The notes beneath the pieces are model-generated. The model worked only from the letters and a program-made list of their open reading frames with translations. It did not search any database and was not told the origin of the DNA. This document shows positions 8,489-16,624 of a stretch of DNA of 62,954 nucleotides, piece by piece (position 1 is the first letter of the stretch; each line of letters opens with the position of its first letter). The position numbers were made by a program, and so were the translations under genes. This stretch comes from an uncultured virus (IMG/VR IMGVR_UViG_3300046836_000576) (Duplodnaviria > Heunggongvirae > Uroviricota > Caudoviricetes): IMG/VR virus record IMGVR_UViG_3300046836_000576; one strand, given 5' to 3'.

Positions 8489-11168
8489 TGATAAAAATTC
8501 TCCAACCGAACAAGACGATCTTGTTCCTGTTCCATATGCAGGTGTAGTTGGGACTGATTTTCTAACGTTTGCTGTTGGGATTGGGGCCAATGTTGAAGCC
8601 CAGTCTGATTACTTAGCTGACCCTCAGCGTCCATCAGGAAACCTTCCTGGTATTGCGCGGTCAAATTTCAATAACAAGGCAATAAGGCAAGGTACCTTTG
8701 TTGCTCATAGCCTTTGTCTCTGGGTCAGTCAGCAGATACAGGCATACATCCCTGACGACGGAGATGACATTCACTGGATTGCCGAGTTTAGTCAGGCTCT
8801 CGCTGACTTTATCATGATCACTATTCCGCCACCGCCTAATCTTGGTGCATATTTGCCACTAGCCGGTGGCACAATGACTGGTAATATTTCCTTTGTAGCA
8901 GGTATTAGCACGATTCTGGCTAATAACACTTGGTACTATGGTAAGGATACTACTGGTCAGGCTCGTGGTCTTATCGTTAGGGGTGCTGATGATAACGTAT
9001 TCATCAATGATGGTTCCGCAACTTACGTTCATATTAACGGAACACCACTTCTCAATAACAACTTTATCTACTCCGGCAGAGACACTTTAGGGAACACTCA
9101 GAGGGTTATTGGCTTCCTGAGCGATAACGCTGTGCATGTTGGTGGTTCAGGTAATATCTGGCTGGATAGCATTGGTGGTTCAGTATACGCTGCAGGTAAT
9201 ATCGCTATTCCGAATAACAGCTACTACTACTGTCAAGATACAGCGGCAAACGAGAGAGCGGTACTGGGAATTAACACAGCCAATTCCCTAATGATTGGTA
9301 GTGGTGGTGTAGGTTCAACCGACATCTATGCGGGTGGGGCTAATACTATCAATCTTCACAATAATACACTTGCCCTTGGTCAGCTTCAGACCAATGGTTA
9401 TTTCTACTGTCAGGGTGGTGAGCGAATCTATATCCCTGGTGGTAATGATCCGCTGCAAATCTACGCGGACAATGGGTACTACGCGCGCCTGCATTATGTG
9501 GTCGGTGGTACCCGAGACTGGAGCGAGGGCTGCCTTAGCAATGGTCACTGGGCTGTTGCTGATGAGAGTGCACACGTGGTCCGGATCGAGATTGATTTCA
9601 ATGGGCAGTTCCACTGCTACAACAACGTGCAGATTGATGGTAGTTTAAATATTAGTGGTAGTGTGGGTGTTGGTAATCTTACAGTATACGGTGCTGCGCA
9701 AGTCAACGGTGGTATGAATGTCTATGGTGGGTTGACCGTTCAGACTGGCAACTTTAACGTAAATGGTGCCTCAGGATTTGGTGGTGGTGTGACCATGTAC
9801 AATGGTCTCAACGTCGCCGGTGGTGGTACCACAATGGGATCACTCACTTGTGGCAACTTTGGAGCGGGAGGCTCAGGTCAGATCAATGGTGGTCTGACAG
9901 TCTATAATGGTCTCAATGTTGCGAGTGGGAATGCTAGTGTTGCGGGTACGTTGACAGTTGGTGGTGTCACTTCGATTGGTTCCACCCAAGTTAATGGTAA
10001 CCTCACCGTAACCAACACTCTTCAAGTCAACAACTGGGCCAGCATCTATAATGGCCTGACTATTCAGAGTGGCAACTTTGGTTGTGCTGGATCGGGGCAG
10101 GTCAATGGTGGTCTGACAGTCTATAACGGAATCAATATTGCCTCTGGTGGTGGTTATATTGCCGGTAGTTGGACCAGTGGTGGAAGTATGACTTGTGGGA
10201 ATTTCTTGCAGGTCAATGGTGGGGCACAGATCAACGGTGGTCTCACCCTATACAATAGTATCTATGTTGTATCGGGTGGTGGCACGATTAACAGTTACTT
10301 GAATGTCAATGGTACCACCGGTATTAGTGGCTACTGTCAAATCAATGGTTCGGCAGTCATCTATAATGGTTTGACTGTTGCTAGTGGTGATTGCAATGTT
10401 TCTGGTAATGTGAGTGGTGCTTCCTTCTCAACTGGTGGTAATGCTTATTTTGGTGGTCTTATCCACGTCGGTCAGATTCAGGTAGGTGGTCTGGCACCTA
10501 TGTATGATAATGGTGGTAATGTCTTAAATATCAGTAGTTCTGTCCAGATCCATGGCTCGCTTACAACAGACTACTTCAGAAGCTTGGGTGCGGTCGATTG
10601 TGATCACGTCTACTCCTACAATTACTTACACGCTGACAACTATCTAGATGTTGATGGCTGGGCATATCTGCGTAGCGGTATACAAATATGGGGCGACGTA
10701 TTCCAATATGCTGCTAATTTCCAAACTTATGGTCACATCTTCCCCGTTCCTAACGGGTCGCAGGAATGCGGAACGTGTCAGCACCAATGGCGTAACGTGT
10801 TTTCGTACAACTTTGCGACTGAAAGCGACCCCGATAAGAAACGCGATATTGCACCAATTCCGGAAGTTTGCCTTAGCCTGGTTAACGCCATCAAGCCGTC
10901 GACTTTCAAATGGCGAAACGCGGGTGAATTTGACGATCATGGTCGGCCAATGACTGAAGACCACCCATATGCAAATACCCATTGGGGGTTTATGCAGCCC
11001 GATGTCATGAGCGTTATGAACGACCGTGAGCGGAAACTGCCAGTTTTTGGTGGTGCCTACGAAGACATGGGAGTAAAGTTACTTCAGTACAATGAGCTTG
11101 TCGCGGTGTTGTGGCAGGCGGTGAGAGAACTTTCGTCTGAAGTTGAAGCCTTGAAGAGGAGAGCATAA
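8481..11168 (+). CDS. Long tail fibre: baseplate-attachment N-terminus, beta-repeat shaft, S74-like C-terminus
   Basis: Start corrected to ATG 8481. DFLTFAVG.GANV...GIA.S...NKAIRQ anchor domain, repeated QVNGGLTVYNG units, then SDPDKKRDI...HWGFMQ...YNELVAVLWQAV. Confidence 0.85.
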   Translation: MSDDKNSPTEQDDLVPVPYAGVVGTDFLTFAVGIGANVEAQSDYLADPQRPSGNLPGIARSNFNNKAIRQGTFVAHSLCLWVSQQIQAYIPDDGDDIHWIAEFSQALADFIMITIPPPPNLGAYLPLAGGTMTGNISFVAGISTILANNTWYYGKDTTGQARGLIVRGADDNVFINDGSATYVHINGTPLLNNNFIYSGRDTLGNTQRVIGFLSDNAVHVGGSGNIWLDSIGGSVYAAGNIAIPNNSYYYCQDTAANERAVLGINTANSLMIGSGGVGSTDIYAGGANTINLHNNTLALGQLQTNGYFYCQGGERIYIPGGNDPLQIYADNGYYARLHYVVGGTRDWSEGCLSNGHWAVADESAHVVRIEIDFNGQFHCYNNVQIDGSLNISGSVGVGNLTVYGAAQVNGGMNVYGGLTVQTGNFNVNGASGFGGGVTMYNGLNVAGGGTTMGSLTCGNFGAGGSGQINGGLTVYNGLNVASGNASVAGTLTVGGVTSIGSTQVNGNLTVTNTLQVNNWASIYNGLTIQSGNFGCAGSGQVNGGLTVYNGINIASGGGYIAGSWTSGGSMTCGNFLQVNGGAQINGGLTLYNSIYVVSGGGTINSYLNVNGTTGISGYCQINGSAVIYNGLTVASGDCNVSGNVSGASFSTGGNAYFGGLIHVGQIQVGGLAPMYDNGGNVLNISSSVQIHGSLTTDYFRSLGAVDCDHVYSYNYLHADNYLDVDGWAYLRSGIQIWGDVFQYAANFQTYGHIFPVPNGSQECGTCQHQWRNVFSYNFATESDPDKKRDIAPIPEVCLSLVNAIKPSTFKWRNAGEFDDHGRPMTEDHPYANTHWGFMQPDVMSVMNDRERKLPVFGGAYEDMGVKLLQYNELVAVLWQAVRELSSEVEALKRRA

Positions 11169-11509
11169 TGCCTACTATTGCACAAATTCCAGATGCTCAT
11201 GCACTGCACACCCAATTGGATGCAGTCAACAAAGCGGTTGCTTTGCTTCAATCTGGAGCACCGGTTACCAATTTGACGGTGACCCCTGCTACTGATTTAA
11301 CAATTCCCACGATGGCTCCTCCTCTACCTGCAGCAGGAGCTATGGAAGCACCGCCAGTAGTGACACCTACGGTATATCAGCCACCAGTGACTATCATTCT
11401 TGATCCACCAATCACTGATGCTGCGACGATTGATACCTTGATTACTGCGCTTCAGGTGCGCGCGGGCGAGATCACGCAAACTCTAATCGACAATGGGTAT
11501 TCGTCCTAG
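11168..11509 (+). CDS. Small fibre-associated protein, paralog of the 3506..4087 N-terminus
   Basis: Translationally coupled to the fibre gene (TAATG); similar N- and C-terminal helices to 3506..4087. Confidence 0.6.
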   Translation: MPTIAQIPDAHALHTQLDAVNKAVALLQSGAPVTNLTVTPATDLTIPTMAPPLPAAGAMEAPPVVTPTVYQPPVTIILDPPITDAATIDTLITALQVRAGEITQTLIDNGYSS

Positions 11510-11609
11510 CTGCACCAGCCCAGAGATCGGCCTCCAGGCGATTCTAGCGGTATGTAATCGACTTCGTGGCACCATATAGCGCAGGCTTCCTTCCCTGCAA
11601 TGTACACGC

Positions 11610-11640
11610 AAAAAAAGGCCCCTACGAAAGGGGCCTTTTC
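11610..11640. terminator. Bidirectional rho-independent terminator
   Basis: AAAAGGCCCCT-acgaa-AGGGGCCTTTT with flanking A/T runs, between convergent modules. Confidence 0.85.
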
Positions 11641-11645
11641 AGCGT

Positions 11646-12704
11646 CTACTCAATCGTGGGTGCTACGAATGCTAAGGTCCCCTTCTCGGTGCGGACGATC
11701 CGGTAGGTGGTGGTTGCCTCAATCCGTCGAACCTCTGCAAGTGCAGTCCGCATTTCCTCTTCTGGACTGATCTTGAATTCTCCGGCGGTGGCGGTGTGGA
11801 CTCCGGAAACAATGTGAGGTCCGGAACGAATTATTTCTGGTAATGCCACTTTTTCCTCCTCTAATGGTTTGACAATTGCAGGTGTTGTGGGAACCTCAGT
11901 CACACCAACCCAAACTTGGGGTTGAACGACCCGAGGTGGTACTGGAGTCAGACGATTGGCTGGGGTATTACCGTGAGGTTGGACCTGATCCAGCAAAAGC
12001 CTGATCACAATGGTGTTGTCAACTACTAGAAACTCTGCAGGGCTTGGGCCGCATATTGGAAGGTCACCGCGAAGTTTCTCTCCTGTAGTACCGTAATAAG
12101 ATAAGGTACGATCACTTAGGATCCTAGGTGAGGCTGCCTTGTGCAGAGTCCATTGGTCAGGACCATCACGTTCAGCCCGATACCCATTCCCTATCCCGAC
12201 GTTACCCAAGTTACGAGGAACGAGAAACTTTATTCGATCCTCATAGATAGCAACCCGTCCTATTACCGGATCGGGTGCTGGCTTTGTTTTAGGTACAAAG
12301 ACCTTATTAGGTTCAACTGCTGGCATTTCGGGCTCCTTTACTTCTGGAGCTGTAGGTTCAGAGGCATATTCGATCCTGGGTATGTCCGGAATATTGTATT
12401 TCTCCGGTTTAGGTTCATATGGTGTAGGCAGTGGACCCAACATCTCTTCAAGTTTCTGCCTTGGCTTGGGTTCAGGTTTGGGCGGAGGCGGACCAAGTAA
12501 CTGGACAATGTCACGCTTCTTAATGTCAAGGTCCTTAGCACCACCGGACACTGAGTTGTGTAAGGTAATATCCCGCACCTTCCCATTATACAAGAACCTT
12601 CCGCGCGGGTGCCTGCTTTTTCGCAAGATGTCTACATGTTTGATCCCATAAGTCTCGCGCAGGAAGTCCTTGATTGCACTGTAATAGTTTGATGTTTGAC
12701 TCAT
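11646..12704 (-). CDS. Pro-rich hypothetical protein; N-terminus loosely HicA-like
   Basis: 352-aa ORF with GAGGAG RBS and its own promoter; the RKSRHPR segment in a short alpha/beta domain is only weakly suggestive of HicA. Confidence 0.6.
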   Translation of the reverse strand: MSQTSNYYSAIKDFLRETYGIKHVDILRKSRHPRGRFLYNGKVRDITLHNSVSGGAKDLDIKKRDIVQLLGPPPPKPEPKPRQKLEEMLGPLPTPYEPKPEKYNIPDIPRIEYASEPTAPEVKEPEMPAVEPNKVFVPKTKPAPDPVIGRVAIYEDRIKFLVPRNLGNVGIGNGYRAERDGPDQWTLHKAASPRILSDRTLSYYGTTGEKLRGDLPICGPSPAEFLVVDNTIVIRLLLDQVQPHGNTPANRLTPVPPRVVQPQVWVGVTEVPTTPAIVKPLEEEKVALPEIIRSGPHIVSGVHTATAGEFKISPEEEMRTALAEVRRIEATTTYRIVRTEKGTLAFVAPTIE

Positions 12705-12762
12705 ATCTACTCCTCATTTTGTCCCCCTATGCTCCCTTTTACGTTTTCCTTAAGTGATCTAG

Positions 12763-12791
12763 ATCATATTGTATTTTGCGATACATTGCAA
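12763..12791 (-). promoter_or_regulatory. Sigma70-like phage promoter with TTGC-N8-GCAA dyad
   Basis: Minus strand reads TTGCAATGTATCGCAA-aatacaa-TATGAT; member of the repeated promoter family. Confidence 0.7.
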
Positions 12792-12794
12792 GCT

Positions 12795-12841
12795 AAAAAA
12801 GCAAAAAGAGGAGGCTGCGCCCGATCAAAACACAGCCTCCT
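12795..12841 (-). terminator. Terminator after the PEP-CTERM operon
   Basis: AGGAGGCTG...CAGCCTCCT stem followed by a T-rich tract on the minus strand. Confidence 0.7.
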
Positions 12842-12859
12842 TAAAGTTTTTTGTGTAGG

Positions 12860-13663
12860 TTAGGCTACTGCACCACCACCAAAGTTGCCTTTGCGGCGAC
12901 GATACCAACCGACCAGACCAAATCCGAGAATTGCTGAACCAAAGATGGTCAGCGAACCCGGCTCCGGGACTGCTGCTGCTGGCGCGGCTTCGACAAAGAA
13001 CGAGTCTGGACCATCGTTCAACCCTGACATTCTCGCGAGGAACAACACCGTGTCGCCCACATGAATGTCGTTGTTGGTCAGGCTGAAACCAGAGATCGTG
13101 TAATCGGGAAAGCCCGTGCCATTGTTGACATCCGGCACGTTACCAGTAGTACCGCCCGTGAAGCTGTCGAGTACAGTGTGTGTCGTCAGGTTCAGGAACC
13201 AGAAGCTATTCAGCGTCTCAGCGACGTTGGTTGAGTTGATATCGACGCCAATGCTGAACCTCAGATTGTTGGCAGCATCACCATTGGCAAGCAAGAATGC
13301 CAGGAGAGGACTACCTGAACCAACTTGATAACCAGTGGCGAACGTGTCATCGGCGAGCGTGTTGCGCCCACCGTTGCCTTGGTCCGAGAACGCTGAGATT
13401 GCGCTTAGATTACCTGCGTTGCTGTAATCGTTATATCCGAAATTCGCAGGCTGCTGTGGCTGGTTTTCCCCGCAGATCACGCATGGCGCGTTCTGCGGTT
13501 GATTACCGCCAGGAACGAAATTACCAAGCGATAGGCTGCCTGAGTTAGTGGTGTTCCATTGCACCCCACCCAAGGTGACAAACGTGTCAGCCTTAGCCGG
13601 TGTCATTGAAAGCAGAGCGCCGCAAGCGACACCTGCCATCAAAAGTTTCATTACAGTTTTCAA
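12860..13663 (-). CDS. PEP-CTERM sorting-domain protein
   Basis: Signal peptide (MKLLMAGVACGALLSMTPAKA) and C-terminal VPEPGSLTIFGSAILGFGLVGWYRRRK. Start is TTG 13663 (AGAAAGG RBS) or ATG 13651. Confidence 0.92.
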   Translation of the reverse strand: MKTVMKLLMAGVACGALLSMTPAKADTFVTLGGVQWNTTNSGSLSLGNFVPGGNQPQNAPCVICGENQPQQPANFGYNDYSNAGNLSAISAFSDQGNGGRNTLADDTFATGYQVGSGSPLLAFLLANGDAANNLRFSIGVDINSTNVAETLNSFWFLNLTTHTVLDSFTGGTTGNVPDVNNGTGFPDYTISGFSLTNNDIHVGDTVLFLARMSGLNDGPDSFFVEAAPAAAVPEPGSLTIFGSAILGFGLVGWYRRRKGNFGGGAVA

Positions 13664-13716
13664 CGTACTAACCTTTCTATAGTAATTGGTGGGGCCCCAA
13701 GACCCCACCAAACGTG

Positions 13717-14466
13717 CTAGGCAGAGGCGAGATTGCCCTTGCCGTTCTTCCGGCGACGCAGCTTACCCACGACACCCATACCAATAAGCGAGGTGCCAAA
13801 GATAATCAGCGAAGCAGGTTCGGGCACCGCTTGCGTAGTGACGATTGATTGGGTACGCCCAACCAACGACGCACCAGCGATCAGCGTACCGGTGGTCCCT
13901 TCCGACAGGGAGTAGGGACCGGTGCTGTCGAACACACCTGAAAAGTTCTGCGAGAACGAGTCAGGATCGACCACGGCAGCGTGCGTCAGGGTTGCAAGCA
14001 AAGTCCCCGGCAGATCAGTCGGGGTGTCCGCGCCTTGCGTGTTCGCCGCATCACCAAAGAACGTCTCAGTGACGCTGGAGCCGATACCGGATTGGAACGT
14101 CCCGGCGCCACTAGCGGTGAACGCCGTGACCGGACCCAAGAAGCTGGTCCCACTCACGGCAAGCTGAATCGAAACCGTACCCGTGTTATTGTTGATCACC
14201 TGAAACGAGGAGGTGTTCAACGAGTTTGACGGTCCGATTACCTGAGTCTGTGCTGATCCGAGGAACTGCACACCGGCGATCGTCTGATTGGCAATTTGCA
14301 ACTGACCAACTGCGTTGTTGGTGTCGCAAGCTGCCTGATCTGCGCAGACGAATGAAGTACCGTTGATGTCTGCGGCGATCTGTAGTGTCGCGTTAGCCGA
14401 ACCTGCCAACGCCAACCCACCCGCAAGGATGGTGCTGGCTAAGGCTAGGTTTTTGAGCTTACTCAT
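13717..14466 (-). CDS. PEP-CTERM sorting-domain protein
   Basis: Signal peptide ending ANA, Thr/Ser/Gly-rich body, C-terminal VPEPASLIIFGTSLIGMGVVGKLRRRK. Confidence 0.92.
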   Translation of the reverse strand: MSKLKNLALASTILAGGLALAGSANATLQIAADINGTSFVCADQAACDTNNAVGQLQIANQTIAGVQFLGSAQTQVIGPSNSLNTSSFQVINNNTGTVSIQLAVSGTSFLGPVTAFTASGAGTFQSGIGSSVTETFFGDAANTQGADTPTDLPGTLLATLTHAAVVDPDSFSQNFSGVFDSTGPYSLSEGTTGTLIAGASLVGRTQSIVTTQAVPEPASLIIFGTSLIGMGVVGKLRRRKNGKGNLASA

Positions 14467-14502
14467 ATTTACCTCACTTTGCTAGTCTAGCTAGCAGAGC
14501 AT

Positions 14503-14518
14503 TGCAATAGCTATGCCA
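14503..14518 (-). promoter_or_regulatory. Sigma54 (-24/-12) promoter of the PEP-CTERM operon
   Basis: Minus strand TGGCATAGCTATTGCA has exact GG-N10-GC spacing and lies about 37 nt upstream of the ATG. Confidence 0.8.
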
Positions 14519-14535
14519 CTAGTGTCTTTGTTTGT

Positions 14536-14548
14536 TTTCAAGAGGTTA
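14536..14548 (+). promoter_or_regulatory. Putative IHF binding site
   Basis: TTTCAAGAGGTTA matches WATCAANNNNTTR with one mismatch; it lies between the sigma54 site and the candidate enhancers. Confidence 0.6.
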
Positions 14549-14569
14549 GGTGTTCGAAGGGGTGCAAAG

Positions 14570-14608
14570 TGTAAAGTTTAGGCGACACTTTCATTGTCGG
14601 ATTTTACA
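14570..14608. promoter_or_regulatory. Paired TGT...ACA enhancer sites (candidate PrsR-type activator sites)
   Basis: TGTAAAGTTTAGGCGACA (14570-14587) and TGTCGGATTTTACA (14595-14608). Both contain TGTAAA...CGACA, in inverted orientation. Confidence 0.6.
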
Positions 14609-14787
14609 CTTTTTAGTGGGTTCTTTGGGCAATTATCAAAGTGCCATCGAGTTAGTACTCCTCGATTGTTCTTATGCCCACAGTGAGGGCATTCACCCAT
14701 GCCCTTTGATGTAAAGAACCTCTCGTTAAAACTAATCGATCGTTCAGGTCGTTTATGTAGTGATCTAATCTCAGACGATTTTGTCAT
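14578..14787 (-). CDS. Small Zn-finger protein (CPHCG...RWHFDNC motif like that in phage homing-endonuclease C-termini)
   Basis: CPHCGHKNNRGVLTRWHFDNC motif. Confidence 0.55.
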   Translation of the reverse strand: MTKSSEIRSLHKRPERSISFNERFFTSKGMGECPHCGHKNNRGVLTRWHFDNCPKNPLKSVKSDNESVA

Positions 14788-15239
14788 TGTACTTGATCCT
14801 TTTCACGAAGCCACGTAGTAATATGTCGCTTGATGATCTTGGGATTGATATTTGGTGGTTCATCATGTGCCAAGATGAACTTGCCAACCAGCTCAACAGG
14901 GTCCGAGTCCACTGGAGGTAATCCTGTTTCAAGCCAATTCTTGACCAGTGGGAGTATATCAGGTGCAGTTATGATTAGTTCTTTGAATACATCACTAGCT
15001 GGGATCGAGTTGGATGTGGAGGATCCAACCCTTAAAGCCCCATTGTCACCGATATAGTAGTTCTTCTCCCCATCTTTTTGATAGACTGCATAACGTTGTG
15101 ATCTGGTTTGCTGTTTTGTATAACCCATCACTTCAAAGCCAGCGATATACTTTTCACGAAGTGTAGTGGGATTACGATGATTAACATGGCGACGTCGGAC
15201 CGTACGACGCCTAGGAGTAGTAAATTGTAAAGGCATCAT
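14784..15239 (-). CDS. Hypothetical protein
   Basis: ORF with ATGA overlaps to both neighbours. Confidence 0.6.
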   Translation of the reverse strand: MMPLQFTTPRRRTVRRRHVNHRNPTTLREKYIAGFEVMGYTKQQTRSQRYAVYQKDGEKNYYIGDNGALRVGSSTSNSIPASDVFKELIITAPDILPLVKNWLETGLPPVDSDPVELVGKFILAHDEPPNINPKIIKRHITTWLREKDQVQ

Positions 15240-15436
15240 GCTTCTCCATCTTTGAATAACCAGGACCTAACTGCGCAATCCTTGGCCTCCAATAGTTTAC
15301 GAAGGCAAGTGGTCTTCTCAGGGTTGTTTGGGTATGTGTCAATACCCGCTGCAAACTCCTGAAAGCTTTTGGATACAGGTTGCAGGTGCTCAGGCAGATG
15401 TTTGTACTCGAAAAACTGCATTAGGTAGTGAGGCAT
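15236..15436 (-). CDS. Small helical-hairpin protein, Acb2/Tad1-like (candidate anti-defence sponge)
   Basis: FFEYKHLPEHLQ.VSK.F...PNNPEKTTCLRKLLEAKDCAVR; AGGAGG RBS before ATG 15436. Confidence 0.55.
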   Translation of the reverse strand: MPHYLMQFFEYKHLPEHLQPVSKSFQEFAAGIDTYPNNPEKTTCLRKLLEAKDCAVRSWLFKDGEA

Positions 15437-15464
15437 TGCGACCTCCTGCAAGTATCAACACAGC

Positions 15465-15500
15465 ATTTAGGCCGGATTGGAAACACCATCCGGCCTAAAT
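15465..15500. repeat. 13-bp perfect inverted repeat (hairpin)
   Basis: ATTTAGGCCGGAT-N10-ATCCGGCCTAAAT directly after the stop codon of the XRE gene. Confidence 0.75.
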
Positions 15501-15501
15501 C

Positions 15502-15825
15502 TTAGGCTACTTGTTCTAGGTCCCCTCGAACATAACGAGGGACTGGAACAGGGCTTCCCCTAGTAAATTTTGCCGTCGCAAGACGCTCAAATTTTCGTAG
15601 AAAGGTCAGGTGTTGCTCGCTTTCCTGGGTTAGGTACCGAACAATCGGCTGACGCATTCTAGCCGGTAGCTTACCGATCCAATAGGTGTCGAAGGTTCGT
15701 TTGGAATTCTCTAGGCGGTTGTAAGTCCATAGGGAGATTCCAAGTGAATCAGCAACCTCTGTTTGCGTCAGTTCAGCGTTCATGCGCGCCTCGCGCAGTA
15801 CACGACCAATGTTTCTGTCCATCAT
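15502..15825 (-). CDS. XRE-family HTH transcriptional regulator
   Basis: LREARMNAELTQTEVADSLGISLWTYNRLENSKR is an HTH_3 pattern. Confidence 0.85.
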   Translation of the reverse strand: MMDRNIGRVLREARMNAELTQTEVADSLGISLWTYNRLENSKRTFDTYWIGKLPARMRQPIVRYLTQESEQHLTFLRKFERLATAKFTRGSPVPVPRYVRGDLEQVA

Positions 15826-15859
15826 TGCACCAATCCTGTGAGGCTCACTTGCCTACGTG

Positions 15860-15891
15860 TTATAAATAAGCATTTTTGCGTCGATTTGCAA
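15860..15891 (-). promoter_or_regulatory. Phage promoter with TTGC-N8-GCAA dyad
   Basis: Minus strand TTGCAAATCGACGCAA-aaatgct-TATTTATAAC, upstream of the XRE gene. Confidence 0.65.
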
Positions 15892-16049
15892 GAACAGAAA
15901 GTGCGGCAGACGATATCGTTTCCGTGTAACGAACAACCCCTGGTTCCTACACTGGGGCTGGAAGGAGGACGGACGATATCTTGTAGGACAAGCTGGCATT
16001 ACTACCAGGCTTCATCCGCTCACCCGATGGAGATCCTCCTTCACCGTAA

Positions 16050-16367
16050 CTAATGGAGCATGTGACTGGTTGGGCTGAGAGGACGCACCGCATGACCCAA
16101 ACGTTTCTTTTGCACGTTCTTTGGTACCAACTTTAGTCCGTTAGTCCGTTCAACGATGTCCCTGGGCTCATTGGCCGGTACGACTCGATAGACCATATGG
16201 GCGCCCGCTGCCCGAAGACGTCCGCGCTCGTAGTGACGCTGTGACACCTGGTCCCAGTTCTTTTCGTACTCGGGCGGGTAAGGGCGCTGGGCCAGATAGT
16301 CCTGCCATCCACGTGCGCTGTACCCGTTGGGCCTAACCTTTGGTAGGTGATTCGCATTCGAGCTCAT
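16050..16367 (-). CDS. Hypothetical protein
   Basis: Start corrected to ATG 16367, which has an AAGGAG RBS and a promoter at 16393-16420. Confidence 0.65.
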   Translation of the reverse strand: MSSNANHLPKVRPNGYSARGWQDYLAQRPYPPEYEKNWDQVSQRHYERGRLRAAGAHMVYRVVPANEPRDIVERTNGLKLVPKNVQKKRLGHAVRPLSPTSHMLH

Positions 16368-16392
16368 ATGGGTTCTCCTTACTGACCCCTTA

Positions 16393-16420
16393 AATATAAG
16401 CGGTTTGCGATGAATTGCAA
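16393..16420 (-). promoter_or_regulatory. Phage promoter with TTGC-N8-GCAA dyad
   Basis: Minus strand TTGCAATTCATCGCAA-accgct-TATATT. Confidence 0.7.
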
Positions 16421-16507
16421 GCTTTAATTTGATCTCAGAGTGGGCAGCTTTAGCGGCATCGGCTTCAACGGGTTTCCCCTCCATCTATCCGCTTGACGAC
16501 GTGCTGC

Positions 16508-16615
16508 CCGACGCCGGGAATTAACCCATGCCTAGGGCTTTTTTGCGGGTAGCCGTCCCGCTTCTCATCATGAGGGTTGCATCCTCACTAGCCGGGAGCT
16601 ACCCCGGCTCGTCGG
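16508..16615 (-). ncRNA. Candidate structured RNA (four hairpins in a closed junction)
   Basis: CCGACG/CGTCGG closing stem enclosing four hairpins, two with complementary loops; intergenic. Confidence 0.45.
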
Positions 16616-16624
16616 TAAGTCCAT

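Noticed and set aside
11646..12704. HicA toxin-antitoxin module
   Set aside because: Only a weak N-terminal resemblance, a long unrelated C-terminus and no adjacent HicB.
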